From assembly GCF_003918875.1 (NCBI RefSeq), contig NW_025766781.1, forward strand, positions 1,116,001-1,180,000: a DNA stretch of 64,000 nt, given 5' to 3'. The notes under the pieces are model-generated. The model searched no databases. It saw only the letters and a list, made by a program, of their open reading frames with translations, and had not been told where the DNA came from. Positions 1 to 14,497 of this stretch are shown here, one piece after another (the stretch's first letter is position 1; each line of letters begins with the position of its first letter). The stretch is from Haliotis rubra (taxonomy: Eukaryota). The translations under genes were made by a program, and so were the position numbers.

Positions 1-129
1 GTTAGAAGACATGCCATCAATCCACATATATCCAAGATATTTAGGGAACAATGCTTTTTTGTAGCCGCCATTCGATCACAACGGCCTCTTAAATTGTGAC
101 AAAAGACAACATGCCCGAGAGACCCATCA

Positions 130-3100
130 GAATCTCATAATGCGATGAATTTAATTGAGATAAGGTAAGCTACTGACTATATCGCGAGGGTGTGTTTATG
201 AATTACTATCAAATAGTGATGATACCAGTACAATTATTGTTCGTGAAAAGGCCCCACTCGTCACCCTTCACCAAAAGCACCGCGAAGTGCCGATCAAAAC
301 AAACCAATTGAAGACAGCTGTTTTAGCCTGCTGTCATGCGATGGTTCTTGAAGCTGAGATACGCGGTGGCAATTTCACGTAGAACGTTCCTTAAACAACA
401 TACTTGAAAAATCTGGCAGTTTAAACCAAGATACTGCATTACCCACGAACATTAATTTGCGACTTAAGGAGCCAAGCTGGTGATTGCATTCTGTACAGTC
501 TTTGTGTTGCATGTAGTGGAGAATGAGGTTGCAATCTGTAAGAGCAAGTGGATGGATAGGTTTTTAACATGATAGCGACCTGATGAAACGTGCATTTTTT
601 TAATTTTCAATTATTTTTTTCATTACACCACGTTACAACACAGCTGTGTTAAGGTTATTGGGCATGGCGTGAAGAGTGCGTGACTGAATGAATTGGTGCG
701 TGAGGAAACCCCGAAATGAAGAGGGTGTCCAACTGTGTATCAATTATAACCAACATCGCCGTCGGGTCACCATGGGGCACAGTCAACCAAGTCTTATTAT
801 ATCGTTAAACAGTTTAAATTATACCTTTAATATGAATTAACGTGACACTGAATGAGTGAGTGAGTGAAGAGATGATGCATTGGTGATCCCATGTGCAGGG
901 TGCTAAAAACAACTCGATTATAGCCTAACATTACAGCTTTATGGCTTGCCTAAGGGACGCAAGTTTTTACGGGGACCCATTCGAGGCAAATGCAAAAAGA
1001 AATCCAGAGGGCAATTCAGAAAAGGATAATTACGAAAGAAGCGCGACCATACTGCCATCATTTAAGTAACCTATGGTAGCACGTCAACAAGACATTTAAT
1101 AGCTACTTCGACTGGTACGACTGGTAAATTTTTACAAAGAAAATGCAACATACCTTGAAAGGGTGTTTGTGAATTGGTGTGTCAGTTTTCATCTGAGGTG
1201 TTCATTTCTAACTTATAAATACGTTACAACCATCCCTAAGCATCATCATTATAAAATAATTCAATATATTATTTTATTCCCCAGTCAAAAATAATCTAAA
1301 GAGATTATATGCAAATAGTCATGTCTAAAGAAGATAAATCATTGTTTGATATTATGAGTAAAACCTCAGTCTAGTGACGACGAACCATCATTTAGTCGCC
1401 TCTATGGTTGTTAAAAGGGCCCTGGGTTCAATTTTTACCTGGAAATTAGAGATGAATACTTAATAATACGATGCTAACTCAAAATAAATTCGCAGTTACT
1501 GTAATAGTCATGAGGTTATATATACTGAAAGACAAAATTAGATGTTTTCCCGGAACACGTTTGAGTTCGTATAATTCTGTTTACAGCCCCTTTTAACGGG
1601 TTTTTTTTGTTGAAAGGCATTGCCGACAGGGCCGATGTCATATGTGCTTCCCTAATTTATGAATATAGCAGTCACAGCAGAACAAACTTCATAGAAAATA
1701 TATCTTAATATGTTTTTTCATAAATGCCACACTTGTTTCTGTTCTATCGAAATTATTAATACGTTTGGAGGACAATTTTATTTCTGAAATGCAAAATTTA
1801 GTCATTAATATGTATTAGGTAGAAATGAACTTTATAATGCCATTGTGTATAGTTATAAACGCTTTGCTGTGACAAACGAGGCTTATAATGAGAGTTGAAA
1901 ATATAACAAAATGAGCATGGATCATCATTCCTGTCATGTATTTTTCAGTTCTTCTATACAGCGTCAGGCATTCTTGCAATTATTTTCTTCTGTAATTTGC
2001 ATAGGGATGACCTTAAGAATTCTCCTTTGCTATGACCTTTATAATTCTCTTAAATATACGACTTGTAGTTAAGCTTTAAAAGAACATTTGGTTGAAAATA
2101 GTCTTTACGTGACCGTAAGATTCATTAGGAAGCAATGGGGGATGTGATGACATCAAACTTTGGTACATCGCCACACCTCAGTAAACAAGAACGGTTCTGT
2201 ATAAAGCTTAGTGGAAATAACTCCATGCTTGACGATGCTTATCAAATTACATCAACCCCTGAAACCCGGGATGAGATCTGTAATTCATCACAGTGTCGAC
2301 CCCAAGTGTCATCCTTCTTCAGCCAGACACCGCCTGCATCCAACTACCGACCAACACTGTAATGCATCTCCATCTTTGAACGTTCCCATCGATCCCGTGC
2401 AAACGATTCCATCTGATTCAATCTTCCAATCTCAGCAGTATAACCATATCACGGTTCTACGTCAGATGAAAGTCTTCTGACAATGTCAAGAAATCCCGTT
2501 CAGCTCATTTGATGAGAGACGGGACAATATTCCATCGTCTTGTAACTATTTAATTAATTTCAAAGGAATTGCGTCCTTTTTCTTAGATGGATACACATGT
2601 CAGCATTGCGATTTGTCCGATCTTTTATGTCAAAGAACTCGGTCTTACATCAAAGAATTTGACAGGCTTCATTTTCCATTTTTGAAGTGAGCTTGTATGG
2701 TATCTAAACAGGAAATGGTTCTGTTGTCTTAGATGCAATATGCCACTTGAATTTCTTTTACGTTCGCGTAAATACAACAGTAAATGTATGGCACTATCTG
2801 GGAGTTCATCGTATATTATTGCAGGTACGTGAACAAGAAGACATCCTGTCAATCCACAAATATCCAAGATGTTTCGGAAACCAAACTCTTTTATAGCCGG
2901 TATTCAGCCACTTGATCGGTATGGCCTCCTTACCTGTGAGTGCAATCAACTGTCGAGGCCTTCTTTACACCAGGAACATTGATACTTAGCATCAGTTCAA
3001 AGGCCAGTTAAGCATTATGAGATGTTATTCCTTGATATAAAATCCCCACCACATACTTTGAATGAATATGTCATGCCTGCACAGGGCCGTGATGCCAAAT

Positions 3101-4250
3101 GATGCTATGTGGTGACGGTTACCCAAATAGGCAGTTAAAATCTGTTACGATCATTTAAACATTGCGATTCGGATAGTTTCACTTTTCACTTAATGGATTC
3201 CGGACATCTATTTATCGTTAACTGTTTCTGATTGAAACAAATACGCAAGAAAGGGCAATCCTTAAATATTTATGAAAGCCAAACAAAATCGATACGGAGA
3301 ACAAAGGCAAATAAGACTTGATATTAGAGATAGGTGAAAGAGCAGTAAGTTCCTGTAATTATAGAAATTGGTCACTGTTGTTCCATTACTGTAAAGACAA
3401 AGTCAAGACATACATAAACATATAGACACCGGCACTTGGCAAAATTTCAAGGAGCATGGCGTTTTAAGTATGCTATTTAGTAACTGGACGTGTTGTGGCT
3501 TGATTTGACTGGAATGAACCGGGCAGATTCTCAGTACGGCATTCAGGTCAGTCACCTGCAAGCGCGATGTGTTTTTGGGTTTAACTTGTCAGTGATGAAG
3601 GTTAGCAAAGGCTAATTTAAGATATATATTTCCGGATGGAAGGAATATCGTGACATCTCCACGTTAAAGCAGATAATAGCTCAAATGGATCTGATTTATA
3701 CTCCTTTTTACCAGATCGATGTAACGTTTATTGGATAAATCTGGTATGAAGCATTCACGCAATTGATTGGTGTAATATCGCACGTGGACGTAGAGTATGG
3801 ACTTTGAACCAATTATATGTACGCCAACATATTTTGTATCAAGACTTACAACAATGCATTCATAAATAATTTCCCTCTCCGTTTGGCGCAGTCAGTTGAT
3901 AACAATCAATCAGTATTGCCACACATTAAATACGTTTGAAAATATCACTGTATGAGATACGGTTACTTGAAACCTTCCACGCTGAATGTTCTTTGAGCTT
4001 GACTGAGCTCTTGTTCACAACTGCCTGAACGAGTAGACAGCCGGTGGCCCCTTGGACGGCACTTACCATAAATTTAGCATGAAAGAAAACGAACGTGTGA
4101 CAAAGGCAGATTTATGAAGTGACATAACTCTAATTTTACACCATCAAAATTGTATGTTGATTTGGGAGGTTTTGTTAATCTCCCCTCAAAATCTTTCGAG
4201 GTATACATATGTCTTCATGTTTATGTGAATCCGCGTCTATGTATGATGTA
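130..4250. repeat. Array copy 1 (partial: A, C, D, F, G; B, E, H-J missing)
   Basis: Block matches as listed for the array; preceded by a fragment of block D at 1-95. Boundaries approximate. Confidence 0.75.
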
Positions 4251-7200
4251 TGCCACTTAAATGGGTCTGGTATGCGATTTTTTTATATGAGATCAAGTGC
4301 GATTCTGAATATATGACGAGGATGTGTTTATGAACCCCTATCAATAGTGATGATGCGATTTGAATTACTGTTCGTGAAAAGGTGAGTATATTTGGCCCCA
4401 CTCGTCACCCTTCAAAAAAGGCATGGTGAAGTGCGAATGTGAAAAACCAATGCAGTCAGCTGACAAGTAATGGTTCTTGAAGCTGAGCTAAGCAGTGACA
4501 ATTTCACGTAGAACGTATCTTAAACGACGTACTTAAAAAACCTGGAAGTGTTAACCTAGATCCCGCGTTACCCACAAACATTAATTTGCCACTTTAGGAC
4601 CTAAACTGGTAATTGCATTCTGCACAATGTTAGTGTTGCATGTAAGGGACACTGAGGTTGGAATCTTGAAAAAGCAATTAAATGGATATGTCTCTAACAT
4701 GATAGCAACGAAATTAAGTGCCTATACGACCATGATTTATGCCACCTATATAATATGCATTTTATGCAATACTCTTGATACCAATGCTGATATAACAGTA
4801 TAACATCTTGATGACATCAGGGTGTTCAAGAAACGACGTCTTCTCGATGGCCACCTGGAACGATTTCTTCAGAAACATGTGGAAAGGACAGCTGTCTACT
4901 AATCATATAAAGAGAATATCCAGACAGGGTCTATTTACAGCAGCAGGCAGGACTGTGCTTCATGATTAATCTCTGTCAATCGAGGGTCACGATTCAGACG
5001 CTCATCCAGACGATGGGAGCCCAGTCAATAACGACTATCATCTCACCCTTGATTTGGAAATCGGGATATGTCTATAACCCGGGGCCCAATCTTCACCAGA
5101 TCGTTCCAACCAATCACGCAGTTACGATATACTACAGTAAATGATGACTTCGCACGAAGTCACGCCGATATTGGAAAACCTATGGGTGATAATGAAAAAT
5201 ATCAGATAAATGAAAGCTGCATTACCGTCGAGACAAATTACTCGAATCTGCGATTAGAACAAATAATTATGGCAACAGCTATATTGGTGTAATTGTTGGT
5301 GACATGCACTGCCGTCTCTGCTGGGTGTCTAGGTCCATTACATGTGTCATTAGGAAGATGCTGTGGCTATTGGAATCATGAGATCAGTATTAAGACAGCG
5401 ATAATAATAGACAGGCAGATCATTTCACATAAATCTCATTTATAACTTTGACGTAAACGTCCACGAGGATACAACATTCAAGGCCTCGGTAAAACTTTCA
5501 AAATGTATTCTGGTAGACATGTGGGGACAAATTAAAATTTGACATATTATGGCCAAAATAATGTTTGAAGAAATTTTCGATTTAGATTCGTATTGCCTTT
5601 TTCTGCCATATTTCTCAGGTAAGCAGTTGCCTTACATTTGCAGAATGCCTTGTGGGCTCCACATCAGGGAAATGCTACCAAGAGTGTGTTTCTAAACTTC
5701 CTTTCAGCTTTCATCTGGTACAATGTTTAACTTATTAAATAGACCCTTTCCCAAGCACCACCAGCATATTCAATACTATTATTGTTTTGTTTTTCTTTGT
5801 TATTTTATATCACAGCAGGTAATCATCCAAAGATATTATATAACTAGTAAACGATCTAATCTACACCAGTGGCTGATATAATGAGCAAAACCCAGCATGT
5901 CGGGTGATGACGAACCATCACGGTTTCTGGGGACCTCTCACGGCATGTGGGAGTGGTCCCGGTCTTACCCAGAATATTGTGAATTGGACATGAATACAGA
6001 ATAATACAATGCTAACCCAATATAAACTCACATAAACTATTATAGCGAAAACTGCAATAGTATAAATGCAAGAATGCAATATTAGCTCTTTAGCCGTTTT
6101 AAGGTTCTTTGGAAAGAGCTTGCTGGTGCTATAGAATGTATTGATATAGCAGCAGCAGTTGAACAAGCATTATGACATTTTGTATCTTGATGTCAACGTT
6201 AACTTTGTTTCTTATGGATACTAACATACTGATTTTTTTCATTCTGAAGCATATTAAGTATATTTATTAGGTATAAATGAAGTTCTCAATGCTCTAACAG
6301 TTTTATGTTGCAACATACTAGTCGCATTATTAAAGTTTAAAACATATAAAGAACTCGGATCAAACATAAACGTCATGTATCTTGCATTTATTCTAATCAC
6401 TGTAAAGCATCCTTTGAATGTGATTTGCAGCACTCTGTATTTAATGCAATTTGGATAGCAATGATCTATTTAATTTTTGCTGCTAAGCTTTAAAATAAGC
6501 TTTAGCTGAAGTGACGAATTGGTTGAAGTCGGCTTTATATTAACGTATTATTCATAAACAAATAGTAAATTTCAAGATTGTGATGACGACACATCGTCAT
6601 GTGACCACCACACATTTAATGAATGTGATTCAGTGAATTTCATGACATCAAGTTTTACTATATCGCCATGTGGGCGCCACACCTTAGTAAACCAATACGG
6701 CTCTACACAAAGCTGTAACGCAAATGACTCCATCCTGGACACTGCTTATTAAATTACCTCTACCCCTGAGACCCTGGATGTGATCTGGAATTCATCTGTC
6801 AACACCACTAGGTCAAGCCTAACCAAACTCACCTCTTATCATCTTTCCTCGGCCAGTCAGCGCCAACTACTGCCAAAATAAATCTCCATCTTTGAACGTT
6901 CCCATAGACTCTAACGATTCCATCTGATCCAACCTCAGCAGTATAACGATATCACGGTTCTACGTCAGATGAAAGTCTGCTGGCGATGTAAAATAATCCT
7001 GTCCAGCTTAATGATGATTTCTACTTGTTACTCTTTCAATATTTCAAAGTTATTGCGTCCTTTTCTTTTCTTTAAACGTTCCGATCGACCCCCTGACTCA
7101 AACGATTCCATCTGAATTCAATCTCCCATTCTGAGCAGTATAACGATATCACGATTCTACGTGAGAAGAAAGTCTTCTAGCAATGTCAAGAAATCCCGTT

Positions 7201-8630
7201 CAGCTAATCTGATGAGAGACTGGACAATCTTCATTCGTCTCGTTACTCTTTCAATATTTCAAAGTTATTGCATCCTTTTTCTATGATCTTTTGTGTCAAA
7301 GAACTCGGTCTCACATCAAAGAATTAGACAGGCTTCCTTTTCCATTTTGAAGTGAGCTTGTATGGTATTTAAATAGGAAATAGTTTTGTTTTCTAAGATG
7401 CAAGATGCTACTTGAATATCCATGTCTTTCGTGTAAATATAAAAGTAAAACTATCTGAGAGTTCATCGAAATGATAGAAGACATGCCATCAATCTACATG
7501 TCTTCATGATATTTAGGGAACAATGCTCTTTTGTAGCTTTCGATCACTACGGCCTCTTTACGTGTGAGCACATTCAACTGTGAGTGCTTCTGATGTATGT
7601 TTACACCAGAAACAAGGATATTCAGCATTAGTTCAAGGAACGGTTAAGCATAATGAGTTTTATTCCCTGATATGAAATCCCAACAATGGAACCTCTACTC
7701 CGGATTACGCGGCTATCAACACTTACCCGAAATTCGTTAAAACAGACATTTGTCTATCAGAACGGTGACGTGCGTTGAGACCCATAATAACATCATGCAA
7801 TCTCCTGGAAGCCTTGTGATTGGATGGTGACGGTCCTTTACTTGGGTATACTTTTTTATCTCCAGTTTGTCTATTCCAAACTCAATTATTTACAGACCGT
7901 CATCATTATAACGGCGAGGGTTGTGTTACACAACAAACAAACACATTCCTTGGCAACAGATTGGTGTGTCATTGTGTACAATGACCTTCAACTCACTTCA
8001 GCGTTCTGCTAACTGGTTTCCATTGTCACAGCTTCTAACATCAGACATGATATATTAGGAAACCAAGTAATCCTAAACCGAACAATATTGCCTGTAATTG
8101 CACAAACGTATTCAACATGTTACTAGTATAGTATAAGCTGTATCTTTTATCATTTTTCATAGAATTCATCATAGAATTATTTGCTATTTCCGTGGCTAGT
8201 GTTTGTTGTAGAAAATGCATTATTTAGTGATTCAAGTGTTTCAAAAAACGATAACCATTTATGTTTGTAATATTTTCAATTGTATACCGCTTGTAAATAG
8301 CCAAGTGAAAGCAGTATCAGCAATCCAGTTTGACTAAAAACAACGAAGTAGGAAGCAAACATTTATTCTTAGATTATATTAAGAGGATGCACAAGAAGTG
8401 TATTTCCGGAGGGTAATTGATTTAAACTCCTACACCGAAATAATATTGAATGTATCCAAAATGTGTGGGAGACAAATTCAATGTCAACCCATCTGAGCTT
8501 TAGTATTTCTCACACCACTGTGAAATATACAGGACAAACGATGAGCAGGGACATATTTACAATAGAGCTTATTAGTCTTGTTAAGAGTATATGGCGATCT
8601 CCAAACATTGATAAATAAGCAACAGGGCTA

Positions 8631-8873
8631 CCCGTGAAGGTCCGGGTTAGAATATTGATCTTCAGTAACCCATGCTTTCGTAAGAGGCGACTAACGGGAT
8701 CGTGTGGTCAGGCTCGCTGACTTGGTTAACACATGTCATCTGTTCCCAGCTGCGCACATCAATGCTCATGCTGTTGATCACTGGATTGACTGGTCCAGAC
8801 TCGATAAATTACAGACCGCCGCAAGCTAGAATATTACTGAGTGCGGCGTACAACCAAATTCACTCACTCACTC
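8631..8873 (+). mobile_element. SINE-like family A (~240 bp, CCCGTGAAG... to (CACT)n tail)
   Basis: Near-identical to the copies at 14251-14497(-), 39417-39667(-), 55115-55345(-) and 63505-63740(+); 3' tail 'gctagaatattactgagtgcggcgta...cactcactcactc'. Confidence 0.85.
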
Positions 8874-10619
8874 GAATGACTAATATGTAAACAGTGACAC
8901 ACATTGGGAAATGATGACATGTGTCAACCAAGGCAGCGAGCCTGAACACCTGTACCTGTTAGACAACTCTCACGACAAACGTTGAAGACTAATTGTAACC
9001 GTATTTCCACGGGTAATTGTATAATTATTCTTAAAAATATTACTGCGTCATTAGTGATCTGAAACTTAAATAAATTATTGAATTGTGTATAAATTACAAT
9101 GACATGCCTGTATAAAATTTGGATGCAAAATGATGCTGAATTTAACAGCAAATAGTGAGTCTGTTAGAATTGTTTGAACATGTTGAGTGTGATGGTCCCA
9201 CGACTTCAACATGCTCCCTTGGGGGTATCTGTTTATCGTTAATGGCCAACGAAACAGATACTCGTGAAACAAGCACTACTTAACTATTAGCAAACGTCAA
9301 AATCGATTTGGAGAACAAGACGAATAATATTTGGTGATAGGGATTAATGCTGGAGCAGCTATTACCAATTATGATTATGGGAAATGTTTGTGTTGCTCTT
9401 ATTGTAAAGATATAAGCATCGCATACACATACGTAAAACATACACACACGCAACCTTTGCTTGGTTTGGTTTTTTTTGGGTTTTTTTGGTCTCACCTGGC
9501 ACTGAGCAATATTCCAGCTCTTGGAATGTCAATTCCAACCCTTAAGTTAAGGGGAGGTAAGGGTTCTGGGATTTCATACTGATCGGTGACCTGAATTTAG
9601 AAACGTTATGTTTTGTGATTAACTTGTCAGGAATGTAGTTTAGTAAATGATTAAGTAAAGTATATTTTCCCGATGGAAAGAATATAGTCAGAGTTCCTGT
9701 TCACTGTACCACCACATTCCCATGTTAATAAATGCTGGTGGTGGGTCATTTGCGTTGGATTTATAAAACATTTACCAGATCGATGTAAGTGTAGAGGATA
9801 TATATGGTGCAAAGCATTCAGGCAATGGATTGGCCTAATATCGCATGTGCAACTTAAACGGATACTTTGAGCTATTCAAATGCAATTTAAAAGCATGTAC
9901 TATCATGTGGATGCAGTTGATAAATATCAATCGGTATTAAACTCTCTTTGAAACATCAGTGTATGTGATATCGATAACTAAAACCTCTCACGCTAAATGT
10001 TCTTTCAGCTCGAGTGAACTCGGGTCCATAACTGCTTGAAAAAGAAGATCTCTGGCGAATTCCACGACACTTGCCACATCATAAGTTCCAGTGGAACTAA
10101 TGTGTGGCAAAGGTTTGTGAAAAAAAACACTTCTCTCGCCAAATACATTAGCAAAATATTTCTTTTTTGTTGCACATTTTCGTCTCCCAAAAGAAACTTT
10201 CGAGGAAAAAACATGCCTCCATTTGCCTGTATTTCAATGAGTGTCTGCAGGCGAGTACCAGAAATTTGTGAATGCTGCCTATTGACTTAAGCGTAAAAAT
10301 GTCTGCGCAATCCAACAGTGGAACCAGTCAAGTGTCCACTGTAATGTGTAATTTAAACCACATCCTCACCCTTTGGCGTAGTTGATGTTTGCCTTGATTC
10401 ATATATTGTTGGGCGGCATATGTGAGTGGCCCGGTGGCTATGTCGTCAATATGCATACTTACGCACCTTGATGCTGATGAATTTGAATCCCAGTTCTCAT
10501 TGATAATGTTTCTGTTTTTTTCCGGCGCAATATCCTTGCCCGTGATCGACGTATCACTGTTTTAGTTCCAATCACTGGTGCATGTAATGGCAAAAGTTAT
10601 TTTAGATGATTAGATACAA

Positions 10620-11800
10620 TAAAAGCCTCAATAACCATGTCCACATCGACAAGAAGTCTCTGCTAAATAGAAGCAGAGTCGATTGTATAATTCGAACTGT
10701 AAAAATTCCAAATCAAAATGGGGATAATAACACGTGTTGGGAAAATGGTGTGTGGTGGCACCTGTCATAACCATTTCAAAGGATATTTTGTTGTGCTTTT
10801 GGAACAATTCGGGAACCTATGGTACAAATCAAATGAAATCAAATCCGAAGTGCGGACACCTTTGGTCAAATATCCTATGAGGTCTTCCATAAACCTTTTC
10901 TGAGAGCTTGAATAACTCTGATACAGTAACTTATGTGAGGGTGTGTGTTTTGGTTTTCACTATGGAATACCCAATGTGGAACCTCAAATCATGTGGCTAC
11001 AAGTCTTACCAGAACATGGCATTGGTCGGTTGGAATTCCCTCCCTGATGAACTCAAGCTGTCTCCAACCCTTGAAAACTTTGAGCGTCATCTCAAAACCT
11101 TTCTCTACAAAACGTTCTATGGACTTCAATAATGCCTTATTGATTGTAAGCGCTATTAGCATACCTGGTGTGGAGTTTGGCGCTATATAAATGGACACAT
11201 TATTATTATTAAAACTGAAGTCATCACTTTTGTCATACAGTTGTGTGGGAAGTTTTCCCGGTCACACTGAATCTGAACGCATAGATCTAAATAGGAAACA
11301 AATGATGTGGCCTCACTTGTGTCCGTTGTTTCAGTTTAAGGTGGGTATGTGAGTGGAAGGGAATTGGCTGTTTGATAGTTATTGACAGATATTAGATCAT
11401 AGATATATCTAAAGCTTAAATTAAATATTCTGACCAAATTATCTGGTTTTGATTTTGTCAAACCGAGCAGGAATTCTGATTCATGTGCATAAAGAAACAG
11501 TTTTGCAAGATGGGAGGCCAGTTGGCTCCAATGAGGATGTGTCCTACTCGTCTAACAGTTTTACCTCAATCTGTACATTGATGTTATGAGTAGGGAAGTC
11601 CAGCATTTCACATATTGTGTTCACAGTAAACGTCAGTAAACACAAACTGTCCTGAACCTCTAAAGATAAATAATACCTATATTTATGCTCTATGGATCAA
11701 GGAATGAAGTGTTCCTTAAGTTTGGCATGTGGGATGGTGGTATACAACACAGACTTATCTCAAACGTGTTAAATATAGCAAAGGAGCCGAACGTGTTGTT
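10620..11800 (-). pseudogene. Decayed Penelope-like retroelement reverse transcriptase (block H of array)
   Basis: Minus-strand relic NLVRIFNLSFRYIYDLISVNN (~11380-11440) matches the PLE RT motif 'LAKxFNxTFRYIDDVLSLNN'; homologous to 22940-23900. Confidence 0.7.
10990..11210 (+). mobile_element. 3' end of an L2/CR1-type LINE
   Basis: WNSLPDELKLSPTLENFERHLKTFL is a typical L2/CR1 RT C-terminus, followed by 'agcgctatta...gcgctatataaat' and a (TAT)n tail. Absent from the paralogous block H at ~23180. Confidence 0.75.
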
Positions 11801-14250
11801 GTTCTGGTAGTATTGTTGCATATCAAATGTTACACGTATTACAGTGTTTTATTTCTATGAAAGTTAAATACTTATAAAACAAAAGAAAACGTTATTTTTT
11901 TCAATACCCTTAAGTGCTTTTTCACAACCAACATTTCCACAAAGATGAGGGCATTTGGAGATCATTTGTCTGTGTTTATCTTTTCAAGTAGTTGTCAGGA
12001 TAACACATTCACTGCAACATCAACATTGGTTTCAAGTGTGTTGCACGTTAGCAGTACATCTGCTTACATGATCTATTGAACAGGATACTAATCTCTTTGT
12101 TTCACAAGAACTGGAACAAACTACTCATGAGATTTGGACGTGGGTTTTCACACTGGTTATAACGCGATTATCCATGCTTCTCTCTTCGGAAACAATTAGA
12201 AATGTGAAAGTCTTTATCCAACGTCACCAATCTTCAGCATATTTGGGGGAGTAGGTATACATTTAATGCAAGGCACAATGAAAGTGTCTTGTACACTCTC
12301 AGTGCCGAAGAAGGCGATTTATCTACGTTCGACGCCGTTTAAGGAAAATAACAGGAACAATATCAGAGTGAGGATAAGTGATTCTGGTGATGGAAGCGGG
12401 CGCCCTCTTACTTGTACTACACCTCAAGTGTAGCCTCTTTTCATTTTCGACTGTTAAAGAATGACAGTATTCATATTTTAAAGACTGCGTTGGCGTAAGT
12501 ATTTACTAAGGGAGAGTAAGGGAAAGGTATTTATGCCATTTGGAGACACTGTACGTCTTTCAATAATTCTCTCGACGGACAATAACATCTTCTAATTCAC
12601 GAGGAAAAGGGTATGTGAAGAGTTCCATGTGCATTGCAACACTTGGCGCTGAAAATGACCCTCACAGGATCTGTGTATTATGAAACAGAACGTAGTTAGG
12701 GCATGTAGTTTACACGGTTACTTGGAAAAATAATACCGAATAATGCAGAATGGGATTTTTAACATGCTATTTTGAAATTTAAAAGGATTCGTGGACCAAA
12801 TGAGCTCTATGGTCTCTGTAATCACTTTAATGCCGCTCCCGCTAACTTGTAGCTGAACGTCGATGGGACTATTACCTCGATTATTGGCTTGGCGTTGCAT
12901 ACATCTTGACCAAAGTTACCTAAAACACATTCGACCATTTGCGTTTCTAAGTAGTACATAAAATAATCTTTGCACAAAAGTGGCTTAAAGATATTATAGG
13001 TCCGAAAAGCGTTATTTTGTTTGTTATGTGATTCAAAAATGATTCATCCAAGTCAATGGTCAAGGTCATGAAAGTCGTAAACGGAGACCTCTGCTGAATG
13101 TCACTGAAACTCCGCAGTGCCATCCCCTTTTGACGTGGATGTGTACAAAACAGGTCGACATACCTCTGTTTAAGGCTGAGGTAACTGCAAAGGTCCTTCA
13201 TTGGCCGCGTAAATGATTGTATATGTACAAAGAATATAAGTGTTTGTCTTTATGCAATGGTCAAATTATCTCCAACAGAAACAACCGGACCCGTAAATAT
13301 TAATTGTTGATGTGTATTTGTTTACAAAATGGTATATACCTGGTGAACAATAATAAACGTATTGGAAAACATTCCGAACTAAGTAACTCATTAAACAGGT
13401 ATGTATTGCATGCAACGTGGTAACTCAAAGTCGACGCCGTCTCTTTTCATTTGTCAGAAACACGTTTTTATATGTCTACATGACGGGAAAAGGAATGGAG
13501 GCAGGGTCATGATAAATTTGGTTATGTCACCATACCTATTAATAATGCATGCAACCGTCTGTAAAAGATAATGAATAATAGGGGAAAACCACATGAACTG
13601 CTACTGTACCGCAAAAGGAACATATTTATTGATTTTGAAAGTCTGAAAAAACAAGTCAGCAATTATATATAGTGCAATATATAGTCAAATTAGATAAAGA
13701 AAGATTCCGACTATTTCACGATGATGTGTTTAAAAATCACAAATACCAGTGGAATTATTGTTCGTAGAAAGGAGAGTATCTTCAGCAAAAGCACTGTAGA
13801 GTGTGGATCTTAAAGAACCCATTAAAGACAGATGGTCTCAGTCAGTTGGCATGTAATGGTTCTTGAAGCTGAGCAAAGCGGTGGCAATTTCATGTAGAAC
13901 GCTGCTTAAACAACGTACTTAAGAAATCTGGCAGTTTAAACCTAGATAATAAATTTGCCACTTAAGGAACCAAGTTGGTGATTGAAATCTGCACAAGGTT
14001 TGTGTTGTATTTAGGGGAGAATGAGGTAGTATTCATGAAGAGGCAATGGATGGATATACTTCAAGTAATGCATAATTGTGAACTGGTGTCAAACTCTGCT
14101 TTACAATTTTAAGGCACAGAGTGATGGTGCATAGGTGATCACATATGATGGTACAGACCAAGAAAGAAATTCATGGAGAATATGGGCTTCGAATAAATGA
14201 TAACAGGTTTGTGGCAGGCCTGAGGGACGCATCTTATACGGGGAATTAGA

Positions 14251-14497
14251 TGAGTGAGTGAGCGAGTTTAGTTTTACGCCGCACTCAGCAATATTCCAGC
14301 TATATGGTGGCGTTCTGTAAATAATCGAGTCTGGACCAGACAATCCCGTGATCAACAGCATGAGAATCGATCTGCGCAATTGGGAACCGATGTCATGTGT
14401 CAACCAAGCCAACGATCCTGATCACCCGATCCCGTTAGTCGGCTCTTACGACGATCTTAGGTTACTGAAGGCGCATTCTAACCCGGATCTTCACGGG
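14251..14497 (-). mobile_element. SINE-like family A
   Basis: Full-length reverse copy; probable TSD AATTAGA (14244-14250 / 14499-14505). Confidence 0.85.

Larger units (their letters stand above)
4270..13200. repeat. Array copy 2 (A-J, near-complete, ~9 kb)
   Basis: All blocks in order, with block I largely deleted; internal tandem duplication within D (~6880-7070 vs ~7075-7280). Boundaries approximate. Confidence 0.8.

Noticed and set aside
5470-5500. Walker A / SNF2 motif 'IQGLGKT' in block B
   Set aside because: Lacks the GxxxxGKT spacing and the LADEM context; not conserved in the 15085 copy; another frame shows better substitution patterns.
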